Source: an uncultured Spirochaetota bacterium (GTDB taxonomy: Bacteria; Spirochaetota; Spirochaetia; SZUA-6; Fen-1364). From it: a stretch of 64,000 nucleotides of DNA. The stretch is from assembly GCA_963845535.1 (NCBI GenBank), contig CAWJSK010000019.1:443358-507357 (forward strand), written 5' to 3'. Within the stretch, counting starts at the first letter, position 1. The number at the start of each line of letters is the position of its first letter. Below, in pieces: positions 47,777 to 57,757 of the stretch. Made by a program: the position numbers and the translations under genes. The notes beneath the pieces were generated by a model. The model saw only the letters and a list, made by a program, of their open reading frames with translations. It searched no databases and was not told the DNA's origin.

Positions 47777-48667
47777 ATGAACATCGGCATTTTCGTTCAG
47801 ACGGTCATTGGCGGCATTGGGATCGGCAGTCTGTACGCTTTGATTGCACTTGGCTACTCCATGGTCTATCGATCCATGGGCCTGGTCAACTTTGCCCAAG
47901 GAAGCATCTACATGGTAGGCACGTACTTCGGGATCATCTGGTACGCGGGAATGGTCATGGGTCTGCACGTGCCCTATCCCATTGCGCTTGTCATCGGGAT
48001 TCTTCTCAACGCAATGCTGGGCGTGCTTCTGGAGCGCGTATTCCGTCCCCTTGCAAAGCTCGACCTGATGTTCATGCTGCTGGGGACCATCGGCCTCGGG
48101 TTCGTGCTCGACAACCTCTTTGTCATCATCTTCGGCGCGGAGGGCTTTGCCGTTGCTTCCCCGCTGCCCAATACGCCCATCATCGTCCTCGGCATCAGGA
48201 TCCTGCCCCAGATGCTCCTGCTTATTGGCGGATCCGCGCTGCTCATGATGGGCCTCCAGGTGTTCCTGAAAAGGACTCGGTCCGGCAAGGCCATGCGGGC
48301 GTCAGCCATGGACAACGAGATCGCCAGCACGATGGGCATCCCGGTCAATCGGATGAACGCGCTGACTCTTGCCATTGGGTCCGGGCTGGCCGCGGCGGCA
48401 GGCATCCTTGCGGCGCCAATCGTCTACGTAAATCCGGCCATGGGGTCCGCCGTTGGGCTTAAGGGCTTTGCCGCCGCCATTCTGGGGGGACTGGGGAGCA
48501 TTCCGGGGGCAATTGCCGGAGGCCTTCTGTTCGGTGTGCTGGAAGCCGTCTCCGCCGGATACATTTCGTCTTCCTACACGCGGGGAATTGCATTTCTTAT
48601 CATGGTGATCGTTCTCATGGTCAAGCCTTCCGGCCTCGTTGGCGAAGTCACCGTGGAGAAAGTGTAG
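47777..48667 (+). CDS. Branched-chain amino acid (LIV-type) ABC permease, LivH-like
   Basis: YALIALG, VNFAQG, GKAMRA, AAILGGLGS, KPSGL. Confidence 0.92.
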   Translation: MNIGIFVQTVIGGIGIGSLYALIALGYSMVYRSMGLVNFAQGSIYMVGTYFGIIWYAGMVMGLHVPYPIALVIGILLNAMLGVLLERVFRPLAKLDLMFMLLGTIGLGFVLDNLFVIIFGAEGFAVASPLPNTPIIVLGIRILPQMLLLIGGSALLMMGLQVFLKRTRSGKAMRASAMDNEIASTMGIPVNRMNALTLAIGSGLAAAAGILAAPIVYVNPAMGSAVGLKGFAAAILGGLGSIPGAIAGGLLFGVLEAVSAGYISSSYTRGIAFLIMVIVLMVKPSGLVGEVTVEKV

Positions 48668-48676
48668 GATGCGAAA

Positions 48677-49720
48677 TTGAACGACCAATCAGCAGGTCTG
48701 GCGAAAAGGAAATTGGGCATACTGAAAGTCTTGGCGCTTGGGATCGTCGGCTGCGTCCTGCTGGCATTCCCTTTTCTGGCCCAGAACCGTTATCAGGTAC
48801 ACATCATCAATACCGCGGGCATCTACATCCTGATCAGCCTGGGGCTGAATATCGCGATGGGCTACGCCGGGCAATACAACCTCGCCATGGGGGCGCTCTG
48901 GGGCGTCGGCGCATACACGGCGGCAATTCTCAACACGAGGCTCGGGGTCCCCTTCTGGCTGAATCTGCCCGCCGCAATGATCGTCAGCCGGCGTCATGGG
49001 GGGGATTGTTGGCCTTCCTTCGTTTAAGGTGCGATCTCACTATCTTGCCATCGTGACAATCGGTTTGGGCGAAGTCATCAACATCGTTCTGGTCAATGAG
49101 CAGCGTCTCACGGGGGGGCTGACGGCATTTCCCGCATTCAGATGCCGAGCTTCTTCGGGATCCCCATCAACACCGACGAGCGGTACTACTACCTGATCCT
49201 GGCCGTCGTCCTTTTGGGCTTTTTCGTCGCGCGGCAGCTTCTCAGACATCGAATGGGCCGATCCTTCCGAGCCATTCGCGACGATTACCAGGCGGCAAAA
49301 GCAATGGGCGTCAATATAGCGTACTACCAGATCCTTGCCTTCGTCATCAGCGCGGCATATGCGGGAGCAGCAGGGGCTTTGTTCGCGCATCTCAACACGT
49401 ATATAAGCCCCGATATTTTTGACTTCAGTTCCACTTTGTTCATCCTGACCGTAACGATGGTGGGAGGAATGGGCACTCTTGTCGGCTCCGTCGTGGGCGG
49501 GCTGGCCTTGCCGATTCTGCAAGAGTATCTGCGGGTCATCAGGAATTGGCAATTGGTGGTCTACGGTATTGCCATCATGGTGGTCGTTCTCTTCATTCCC
49601 GGTGGGGTCATGGAGCTGATGCGCCGGCTGAAGGGCTCTCGGACACTTCGATGGCTGTGGTCCCGCAGGTCCTCAGAGGAGACGCTCCAACCGGAGGAAA
49701 CGAATGTTTCTGGAGATTGA
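48677..49720 (+). pseudogene. LivM-like ABC permease split by two compensating frameshifts (possibly sequencing errors)
   Basis: LivM motifs (GYAGQ, YLAIVT, TGG, GRSFRAIRD, VGGMGT) spread over ORFs 48677-49027, 48996-49196 and 49142-49720. Confidence 0.8.
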
Positions 49721-50469
49721 AGGCCTCACAATGCAGTTTGGCGGGCTGAGCGCGCTGCGGGACGTTTCCATGAGGATCGAGGAAGGCGAGATCCATGGCT
49801 TGATTGGTCCCAACGGTTCCGGGAAGACAACCACCTTCAATGTCGTCTCAGGCTACTACAGGCCCAGCGGCGGAAAAATCACCTTTGGAAAGAAGAACAT
49901 CACCGGCCTGCCTGCGCACAAAATTACAGCAACGGGCTTCGCTCGGACCTTTCAGAACCTGCGGCTCTTCAAGAGCATGACCGTACTGGAGAACGTCCTT
50001 GTGGGAATGGGCCACCATGCAAAAACAGGTTTGTGGCAGGAGATCCTGAACCCCATCGCGGTCCGACGAGAGGAGAAGGGCTTCATCGAAAAGGCCATGA
50101 AGCTGCTCGACCTGCTTGGCATTGCCAGACTGGCAGAGTACCCCGCTACCAGCCTCTCCTACGGTCATCAGCGCCGCGTGGAGATTGCCCGTGCGCTCGG
50201 AACCGACCCGAAGATACTCCTCCTGGATGAGCCGGCGGCCGGACTCGAATGAGGTAGAGTCCGAGGATCTGCGTCAGGCCTTGGTCAAGATCCGTCAGTC
50301 AGGGGTGACGATCTTCCTGATCGAGCATGACATGAAGCTGGTCATGGGAATGTGCGACATCATTACCGTCCTGGATTATGGAAAAAAGATAAGTGAAGGA
50401 AGCTGCGAGAGCGTCAGCAACGACCCGGTGGTTATCGAAGCCTACCTCGGGAAGGAGGAGCAGCCATGA
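49704..50469 (+). pseudogene. LivG-like ABC ATPase with one frameshift near 50246 (possibly a sequencing error)
   Basis: GPNGSGKTT, RTFQ, LSYG, LLDEPAAGL, then NEVE...IEHDM...EAYLG continues in another frame. Confidence 0.85.
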
Positions 50470-51173
50470 TGGTGGTTGAGTCCCTCCACACGTACTACGG
50501 GAACATCCACGCAGTCAAGGGAATCTCTTTCGAGGTGCAGAAGGGCCAGATTACCGCCATCATCGGGGCCAACGGTGCCGGCAAGTCGACGTCCATGAAG
50601 ACCATCTGCGGTCTGCTTCACCCGCGCAACGGAAGAATCCTCCTTCATGATTCGCCCATTCACAGGCTGCGCCCGGATCAGATTGTGCGTTTGGGGATTG
50701 GATACGTTCCCGAGGGAAGGCGGGTCTTCCCGGTATTGACCGTGGATGAAAACCTCGACATGGGCGCCTACCATCGCTCTGATGCATCCGAGGTCGCCAG
50801 GGACAAGGAACGGATGTATGAGACCTTTCCCAAGCTCAAGGACCGCAGAAAGCAACTCGCCGGGTCATTGAGCGGCGGAGAGCAACAGATGCTGGTGATA
50901 GCTCGCGCCTTGATGTCCAAGCCTCAGCTACTGCTGATGGATGAGCCTTCCCTGGGTCTGGCGCCCCTCCTGGTCCGGCAGGTATTCGACATCATCGTGG
51001 AGCTGAACAGGAAGGGTTTGACCATCCTTCTGAGCGAGCAAAACGCGCGCGGCGCTTTGAAGATCGCGCATCGGGGGATCGTGATGGAGACGGGCAAAGT
51101 CCGATTTGCCGGCGCGGCACAGGCCCTGCAAGAGAACCCCGTGGTTCAGCGGGCGTACTTGGGCGTCGGATGA
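50466..51173 (+). CDS. LivF-like ABC ATPase
   Basis: GANGAGKST, VPEGRRVF, LSGGEQQM, DEPSLGLAP, EQNA. Confidence 0.93.
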   Translation: MMVVESLHTYYGNIHAVKGISFEVQKGQITAIIGANGAGKSTSMKTICGLLHPRNGRILLHDSPIHRLRPDQIVRLGIGYVPEGRRVFPVLTVDENLDMGAYHRSDASEVARDKERMYETFPKLKDRRKQLAGSLSGGEQQMLVIARALMSKPQLLLMDEPSLGLAPLLVRQVFDIIVELNRKGLTILLSEQNARGALKIAHRGIVMETGKVRFAGAAQALQENPVVQRAYLGVG

Positions 51174-51258
51174 GTCCGTCGGCCGCGAAAGGAGGTGCTC
51201 GGGGTGAGGAAGCTGTCGGGGACGTGTTGCGTCGTGGAAACATGAAGGGAGGATCATC

Positions 51259-52425
51259 ATGAAGCGAAAAGGACTTGGTATCATTCTGACGATATGTGTC
51301 ATAGCGACGATCGGCATTTCTTTTGCCGCAGCATCAGGCACCAAAGAAGGCGCCGGTGGCGCCGCCAACCCCGCTGCTGAGGCGCAGCCAATCAAAATAG
51401 CGATCATCGGTGCCATGAGTGGCACCAACGCAATCCTGGGAGACTGGCTGAAAAAGGGCGTGACCCTTGCCATTGAGCAGCAAAACGCCAAAGGCGGCAT
51501 CCAGGGCCGCCAGATTCAGCTCGTCATCTACGACGATCAGGCCAACCCCACAACGTCTGTCGGCTTGGCCCAGAAGGTCGCCACCGAAGACAAGGTCATG
51601 GCGGCGTGGGCCACAACGAACAGCAATTCAACGCTGGCGGATCTTCCGATTTTCCAGAGCTACAAGATACCGCAGCTCACGTTTGGGACGAACGTCAACA
51701 TCACGCAGCAGGGCAGCGCGTACATTTTCCGACAGTGCCCTGCCGGCCCCGCGTATGAGGATCCGCTGATCGACTATCTGGTGAAGGCAGGCAAGACGAA
51801 GTATGCCATCATCGGCGACAACTCTGCGTATGGCAAGGGAGAAACGGACTATCAGACCGCGGCCCTCAAGCGCAATAACCTGACGCCGCTGGATGCCGAG
51901 GCATACGGGATTGACGACAAGGACTTCACGGGCCAGCTTACCAAGATACTCCAGACCCAGCCCGAGGTCCTCCTGCTGGCCTCTTCCGAGGTAGCCGGTG
52001 GACTGGTGGCCAGGCAGGCGCGGCAGCTCGGCTTCACCGGGATCATCGCGGGCGGCTCCGCCATGGCCACGCCCAAGTTTACCGAGACCGCGGGGGATGC
52101 GGCCGAGGGCGTCTACTTCACATCACCGTACCCGGGCAACGCCGCGAACGAGCGCACACGCGCGTTCGCCGCAGCGTACAAGGCGCGGTGGGGGGAAGAC
52201 GCGGAAGAGCATGGGGCCAACAGCTATGACGGTGCCAGCATGCTGTTGCTGGCAATGTCGAGGGCCAACCCTTTGACTTCTGAAAACGTTGCCGCGGAGA
52301 TGCACAAGATCTCCGGCTACCAAGGCCTGCAAGGTGTCTTCAACTATGATGCAACCGGCGAAGGGATTCGGTTGACGAACGTCGGCATCATCAAGAACGG
52401 CAAGCACGCATTCCTGACAAAATAG
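51259..52425 (+). CDS. LivK/LivJ-like (PBP1) ABC substrate-binding protein
   Basis: Signal peptide; IKIAII..MSG, GGIQGRQI....DD, YG, DFTGQLTKI. Confidence 0.9.
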   Translation: MKRKGLGIILTICVIATIGISFAAASGTKEGAGGAANPAAEAQPIKIAIIGAMSGTNAILGDWLKKGVTLAIEQQNAKGGIQGRQIQLVIYDDQANPTTSVGLAQKVATEDKVMAAWATTNSNSTLADLPIFQSYKIPQLTFGTNVNITQQGSAYIFRQCPAGPAYEDPLIDYLVKAGKTKYAIIGDNSAYGKGETDYQTAALKRNNLTPLDAEAYGIDDKDFTGQLTKILQTQPEVLLLASSEVAGGLVARQARQLGFTGIIAGGSAMATPKFTETAGDAAEGVYFTSPYPGNAANERTRAFAAAYKARWGEDAEEHGANSYDGASMLLLAMSRANPLTSENVAAEMHKISGYQGLQGVFNYDATGEGIRLTNVGIIKNGKHAFLTK

Positions 52426-52485
52426 AAAGGCATGTGCACGCTCGGAGACGACTCATCGTCTCCGAGCGTGCCAGGGGAGACTGAC

Positions 52486-53517
52486 ATGAAGGCTATCGTG
52501 AAATATGAGGACGCGGCAGGCGCGGTCAAGGTGATGGATCGACCGAAGCCTCAGGTCGGCGCCAACGACGTCCTCATCGGGATCAAGGCAACCGGGATCT
52601 GCTACTCCGACATGTCCATCGTGAAGGGCGAATACAAGGGAAGAAAACCCGTACCGATTCCCGTCATTCTTGGGCACGAGGCGTCGGGGGTCGTTTCCGC
52701 GGTTGGAAAGAACGTGCGGAGCGTTGCCCCGGGAGACCGGGTGGCGTTCGAGCCCCTGAATGGCTGCGGGCAGTGCGAAAACTGCAAGAAGGGTTTCAAG
52801 AACATGTGCACGGACTGGAGCCATGTCGGCATCACGTGCGACGGGACGTTTGCCGAGTTTGTTGCGGTTCCCGAGATCCTGGTGCACGAGCTTGGCCCTT
52901 CCATATCATTCGCCGACGCAGCAGTGCTGGAGCCGTTGAGCCTCGTGGCTCGCTCCCTGGAGCACGTCGTACCGGTGGCCGGGGAATCCGCCGTGATCAT
53001 CGGACCGGGCTCCGTTGGTTTGCTCCATCTTCAGGCGCTGAAATCATCCGGGGTGGAAAAAATAGTCGTTATTGGAATTGACAAGGATGCAAAGAGGTTC
53101 GAGATCGCCGAATCCCTGGGAGCCAGCCGCGTGGTTTCGCTGCAAAAGGAAGATCCAATCAAGGCGGTCATGGAGGCAACCGGCGGTCATGGCGCAGATA
53201 TCGTCATTGAGACAGCCAACCATCCCTCCGTGTGGGACATCATCCTGGACGTTGTTGCGGCGCGGGGGCGCATTTCCACCTTTGGCCTGTATCCGGAAGC
53301 CAAGATCAAACCGATAGCTTTGCTGAGAAAAGGCGCAACCATCTACGGTGATGTGGCCCTGCTGCCCAAGCACTTCATGCGCGCCATAAGCTGGCTGGAG
53401 ACGAAAAAAGTTTCTGGCGAAAAGCTCATCACAAAACGCTTTGCCCTGGACCAGGTAGATGAGGCTTTCACGACTTTCTATGGCGGCCAGACCATCAAGG
53501 TCCTCTTTGAAGTCTGA
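52486..53517 (+). CDS. Zinc-dependent (medium-chain) alcohol/polyol dehydrogenase
   Basis: GICYSD, LGHE, CGQCENC..G..NMC, EP, GPGSVG. Confidence 0.92.
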   Translation: MKAIVKYEDAAGAVKVMDRPKPQVGANDVLIGIKATGICYSDMSIVKGEYKGRKPVPIPVILGHEASGVVSAVGKNVRSVAPGDRVAFEPLNGCGQCENCKKGFKNMCTDWSHVGITCDGTFAEFVAVPEILVHELGPSISFADAAVLEPLSLVARSLEHVVPVAGESAVIIGPGSVGLLHLQALKSSGVEKIVVIGIDKDAKRFEIAESLGASRVVSLQKEDPIKAVMEATGGHGADIVIETANHPSVWDIILDVVAARGRISTFGLYPEAKIKPIALLRKGATIYGDVALLPKHFMRAISWLETKKVSGEKLITKRFALDQVDEAFTTFYGGQTIKVLFEV

Positions 53518-53565
53518 CGACGCTTCAGTGCGGCGCGTGCGCATGCGGAAAGGGGTGGTTCTACC

Positions 53566-54936
53566 GTGAAGAAGATACGGTCCGTGAATCCGTTCACAAT
53601 GGAGGTGAACGGGGAGTTCGAGCTCGAATCACCGGCAAAGGTCCGTGAGGAGATAGAAAGGTCACGGGAGGCGTTCAAAGCCTGGAGGGTGAGCGCCGCC
53701 GAGCGCGGGAAACATATTGCCCGATTGGCCGATGTCCTCCTTGCCGGAAAACGCGGCTACGCCGAAACAATCACGCGGGAAATGGGCAAGCCAATCAGGC
53801 AATCCCTCACGGAGATAGAGCGAAGCGCCAATATCTGCAAATATTTCGGAGAGCATGCAGAAGAGCTTACTCGTGACGAAGTTGTAGAGACGGCGTTTGC
53901 AAAGAGCTACGTCACTTTCGAGCCCCTCGGTGTAATCCTTGCCATAATGCCGTGGAATTTCCCGGTCATCCAGCTTTTCCGGTTTGCCATTCCCACCATG
54001 TCGGCCGGCAATGTCGTTGTCTTGAAACCTGCTTCCATCACGCCGTTGTGCGGGAAGGCCATCGAGAGCATTTTCACGGACGCCGGGTTTCCGAAAGGAG
54101 TCTTCAGGACTCTCCTGATGGATTCCGCCACTGCGCTGGACCTCGTCAAAGATGACATGGTGGACGGCGTCTCCCTGACGGGGAGCCTTGGAGCGGGCAC
54201 GCAGGTGGGGGCGGCTGCGGGCGGCCGGATCAAGAAAAACGTGCTGGAGCTCGGCGGGTCGGATCCGTTCCTGGTCCTTGATGACGTTGACGTGGATGCG
54301 GTTGCCTCCCAAGCGGTCCAGTCGCGTTTCGTCAATTGCGGCCAGAGCTGTGTCGCTTCCAAGCGCTTCGTTGTCATGAAGAAGATCGCGCAGGAGTTCA
54401 CCGACCGCTTCGTCCACTACATGCAGGCCATGAAGGCGGGCAATCCGATGGACGAGTCGACGGACATCGGCCCCCTTGCAACGGAAGAAGCGGCGTATGA
54501 GCTCTCACGGCAGATCGCAGACGCAAAGCAGAAAGGCGCCACGGTGGTAGAAGGTCCACCCATTCCGTCACAGGGGATGTTCTTTCGGCCGGTTGCCATC
54601 CTCAATGCCAAAAAAAACATGCTCGTGGCTCAAGAGGAAACCTTTGGCCCCATCGCTCCGATCTTCGTCGTCAAGGATGAGGAGGAGATGATCGAACTTG
54701 CGAACTCCACGGAGTTTGGCCTCGGAGCGACCATCTGGAGCAAGGACATCGAGAAAGCCCAAGCGCTGGCCCGTAGGATCGAATCTGGGTTCGTCGGCAT
54801 CAACAAGCCGGTGAAATCAGATCCGCGCCTGCCCTTCGGGGGAACCAAGAAATCCGGCGTGGGGCGTGAGCTCTCACACTACGGAGTCCGGGAGTTCACC
54901 AACGTGAAGACCATCATCGTGGAGAACCCGGGCTGA
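53566..54936 (+). CDS. NAD(P)-dependent aldehyde dehydrogenase (succinate-semialdehyde DH/Sad-like)
   Basis: MPWNFP, LKPAS, LTGS, LELGGSDP, GQSC, EETFGP, PFGG.K.SG.GRE. Confidence 0.93.
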   Translation: MKKIRSVNPFTMEVNGEFELESPAKVREEIERSREAFKAWRVSAAERGKHIARLADVLLAGKRGYAETITREMGKPIRQSLTEIERSANICKYFGEHAEELTRDEVVETAFAKSYVTFEPLGVILAIMPWNFPVIQLFRFAIPTMSAGNVVVLKPASITPLCGKAIESIFTDAGFPKGVFRTLLMDSATALDLVKDDMVDGVSLTGSLGAGTQVGAAAGGRIKKNVLELGGSDPFLVLDDVDVDAVASQAVQSRFVNCGQSCVASKRFVVMKKIAQEFTDRFVHYMQAMKAGNPMDESTDIGPLATEEAAYELSRQIADAKQKGATVVEGPPIPSQGMFFRPVAILNAKKNMLVAQEETFGPIAPIFVVKDEEEMIELANSTEFGLGATIWSKDIEKAQALARRIESGFVGINKPVKSDPRLPFGGTKKSGVGRELSHYGVREFTNVKTIIVENPG

Positions 54937-54963
54937 GCGGAAGCGCGCTTCGAGGTGAGGGGA

Positions 54964-56785
54964 ATGAGGAATATCGCACTGCTGGGCAAGCTGCTGGGAG
55001 GATTCGCCGTCGTCGCCTTTCTCGTCCTGGCGGTCGGATATGTGGGGCTGAGGGGCGCTCGCAGCATGACGGGCACCGTCAATGACGTCGGGACCAACCA
55101 CCTGCGGGCAGTACAGAGCCTCCTGCTGGCAGCGGAAGCGCAGTCCCAGGTCAATGCCGCGGAGAACATTCTCATGGAAAAGGGCCTGGACGCCGGAAGC
55201 GTGCAGAGCAACTTCACGGCGTTCGACAAGGCCAGAAAAGTCATTGACGACTCATTCGCAGTCTACGAGTCTCTCCCCAAGTCGAAGGAAGGACTGGACC
55301 GCTGGAATCAGCTCAAGGTCGTGTTCGAATCGTGGTGGAAGACGCACCTGGACTTCGCCCGCATTGCCCAGGCGTATTGGAACAATCCCTCTGATGCTGC
55401 ATACACCGACATGAAAAACCAGATTCCGCAGAACAGCTCAGACGTACGCCCCTTCCAGCGGGCTCCTGCATGGTCTTGTGGAGACAAACATCCAGGAGGC
55501 GGACGCCGCGGTGGCCAGAAGCCGGGCAACCGGCTTTCGAGTGGAGGTGACCTCTCTTACCGGCATGTGCGCGGGGGTCATCCTGGCCTTGCTGGAGGGG
55601 GTCCTTCTTTCCCTGTCAATTGCGCGACCGCTTGCCAGGGCAGTGGCGTTCGCGAAAATCGTCTCCGGAGGAGACTTCACCCAGAAGCTGGATATCACTG
55701 GCAAAGATGAGGTGGGGGTCCTGGCCGACGCTCTGAATGCCATGGCGAAAAAGCTCAGCGGTGTGGTCGACTCCATCCAGCAGAGCGCGGAAGAGGTGGC
55801 TTCCTCCAGCGAAGAGATCAGCGCCACCGCGCTGAACCTGTCGGAAGGCGCGCAGAATCAAGCATCGACAATAGAACAGACCAGCGCCTCCATGGAGGAG
55901 CTTTCTGCGTCCGTGGCCCAGGTGGCGGAGAATGCACAGTCGCAGGCAAGCGCCGCCCAGCGGGGCGAGAGCTCCATGGCGAAGGTGGACAGGTTCATCC
56001 AGGACGTCGCCCGGGGCCTCCAGGAGATAGCCGGCCTGGCCGGGCAGTCAGTGGAAAAGGCGGAGAACGGGGCCCGGTCCGTCCAAAAGGTAGTGGACGG
56101 AATCGGGACGATCGCAGAGAGCTCGGAGAAGATCAGGGGAATTGTCGCGGTGATATCCGACATCGCGGACCAGACGAACCTCCTGGCGCTGAACGCGTCC
56201 ATCGAGGCAGCGCGGGCCGGGGAGCACGGCCGTGGGTTTGCCGTGGTTGCTGACGAGGTGAGCAAGCTGGCGGACCGAAGCTCCGCATCAACCAAGGAAA
56301 TCGGGGCCTTGATCAGCAAGAGCGTGGAAAACGTGAGCGACGGGGTGGAAATTGCCCAGGGCTCGAAGGAGGCCATGGAAGGGATTCGCGCGTCGTCCCA
56401 GAGGGTCAAGGAAATGATCGCAGGACTCTCCGAGTCTATCTCCCAGCAGGTGATGACCGTGGAGGACCTTTCGAAATCCCTGGGTGGGGTCAGTGACATG
56501 AGCCGTGGCATCTCCTCGGCAACGGAAGAGCAGACGACGAATGCCAAGCAGATTTCCGCGGCAATGGAAACCGTCAACGAGCTCACGCAGGTTGCCGCCT
56601 CAGCCGCCGAGGAGCTGTCCGGTTCCACGGAGCAGCTGACCACCATGGCGCAGAGCCTGCACAGGACCGTTGCGCAGTTCAAGATCGACAAGGGAAATGG
56701 CGCGGCCGGCGGGCAGGGCCGCCAGGCCCTGACGGATGGGGCGGCAGGCAGGAAGCCGCTTACACAGGAGGCGAGTTTGTCGTAG
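54964..56785 (+). pseudogene. Methyl-accepting chemotaxis protein (4HB sensor, HAMP) with a frameshift near 55437 (possibly a sequencing error)
   Basis: TM1 + four-helix sensor in ORF 54955-55710; TM2, HAMP (GDFT...DEVG) and [33 protein letters not shown] in ORF 55478-56785. Confidence 0.85.
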
Positions 56786-56826
56786 ACTGGAGAAAAGATC
56801 TGTCTCAACGTCAGGAGGGATACTCG

Positions 56827-57279
56827 GTGGCCAAGCGCGTAGCGGTAGTCCATGGGCCGAACCTGAATATGCTCGGCAAGCGCGAGGTGGGCATATACGG
56901 TGGCAAGTCAATGGAAGAGATCAACTCCGAGGTGGCTGCCGAGGCAGCATTCCTGGACGTGGCAGTCGAGTTCTACCAGTCGAACAGCGAGGGTGAGCTG
57001 GTCACCTATATCCAGCAGTGCCGGGGAGAAATGGACGGCATCTTGTTGAATGCCGGCGCCTACACCCACTATTCCATCGCTCTTCGGGACGCGGTTGCGG
57101 CCGCGCAGGTCCCAACCGTAGAGGTTCACATCTCGAACATCTACAAGAGAGAGCCTTTTCGCCATGTGTCGGTCCTCGCTCCCGTTTGCATCGGCCAGAT
57201 CTGCGGATTCGGCTCTCATGGATACGTCCTGGCTCTCCGGGCTTTGATGGAAGAGCGATTCGACCCCTGGCTGGCCTGA
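56827..57279 (+). CDS. aroQ: Type II 3-dehydroquinate dehydratase
   Basis: GPNLNMLGKRE..IYG, QSNSEG, NAGAYTHYSIALRDA, VEVHISN...RE.FRH; all catalytic residues present. Confidence 0.95.
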   Translation: MAKRVAVVHGPNLNMLGKREVGIYGGKSMEEINSEVAAEAAFLDVAVEFYQSNSEGELVTYIQQCRGEMDGILLNAGAYTHYSIALRDAVAAAQVPTVEVHISNIYKREPFRHVSVLAPVCIGQICGFGSHGYVLALRALMEERFDPWLA

Positions 57280-57295
57280 GCGCAAGGAGAAGGGT

Positions 57296-57742
57296 GTGAG
57301 GAAGGAAAGGAAATATCTGGTAATATCCGGTCCAAACCTGAACCTGTTGGGAACGCGCAAGACTTCCATCTATGGGGCGGGCTCCCTGGAGGACATCCAC
57401 AGCGGATTGCGCCAGCGCGCGGAAGAGCTCAAGGTGGCCGTTGATTGCAGGCAATTCAACAGCGAAGGCGCCATCATCGACTGCCTTCAGCAGGCGCCCA
57501 GCGAATACGATGGCGTGATCATCAACGCCGGCGCCCTGGCGCATTACAGCTACGCCCTCCGCAGCGCTATCGGCTCGATGCTGCTGCCGTGCGTGGAGGT
57601 ATTCATCTCCAACGTGCATGCGCGCGAAGAGTTCCGCCATAAATCGGTGATAGCGCCCGTGTGCGTGGGGGTCATCGGCGGTTTCGGGAAAAAAAGCTAC
57701 CTGCTGGCCCTGGAAGCCCTGTCCAAACTGAGCAAAGCATAG
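57296..57742 (+). CDS. Type II dehydroquinase paralog with substituted catalytic residues
   Basis: GPNLNLLGTRKTSIYG, NAGALAHYSYALRSA, VEVFISN. Confidence 0.88.
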   Translation: MRKERKYLVISGPNLNLLGTRKTSIYGAGSLEDIHSGLRQRAEELKVAVDCRQFNSEGAIIDCLQQAPSEYDGVIINAGALAHYSYALRSAIGSMLLPCVEVFISNVHAREEFRHKSVIAPVCVGVIGGFGKKSYLLALEALSKLSKA

Positions 57743-57757
57743 AAGGGAGATCCGCGC

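Noticed and set aside
48998-49118. Poly-G tracts in livM as a phase-variation switch
   Set aside because: Tracts are short and encode Gly-Gly; the first indel is not in the tract and other indels nearby are not in homopolymers, so error or decay is more likely
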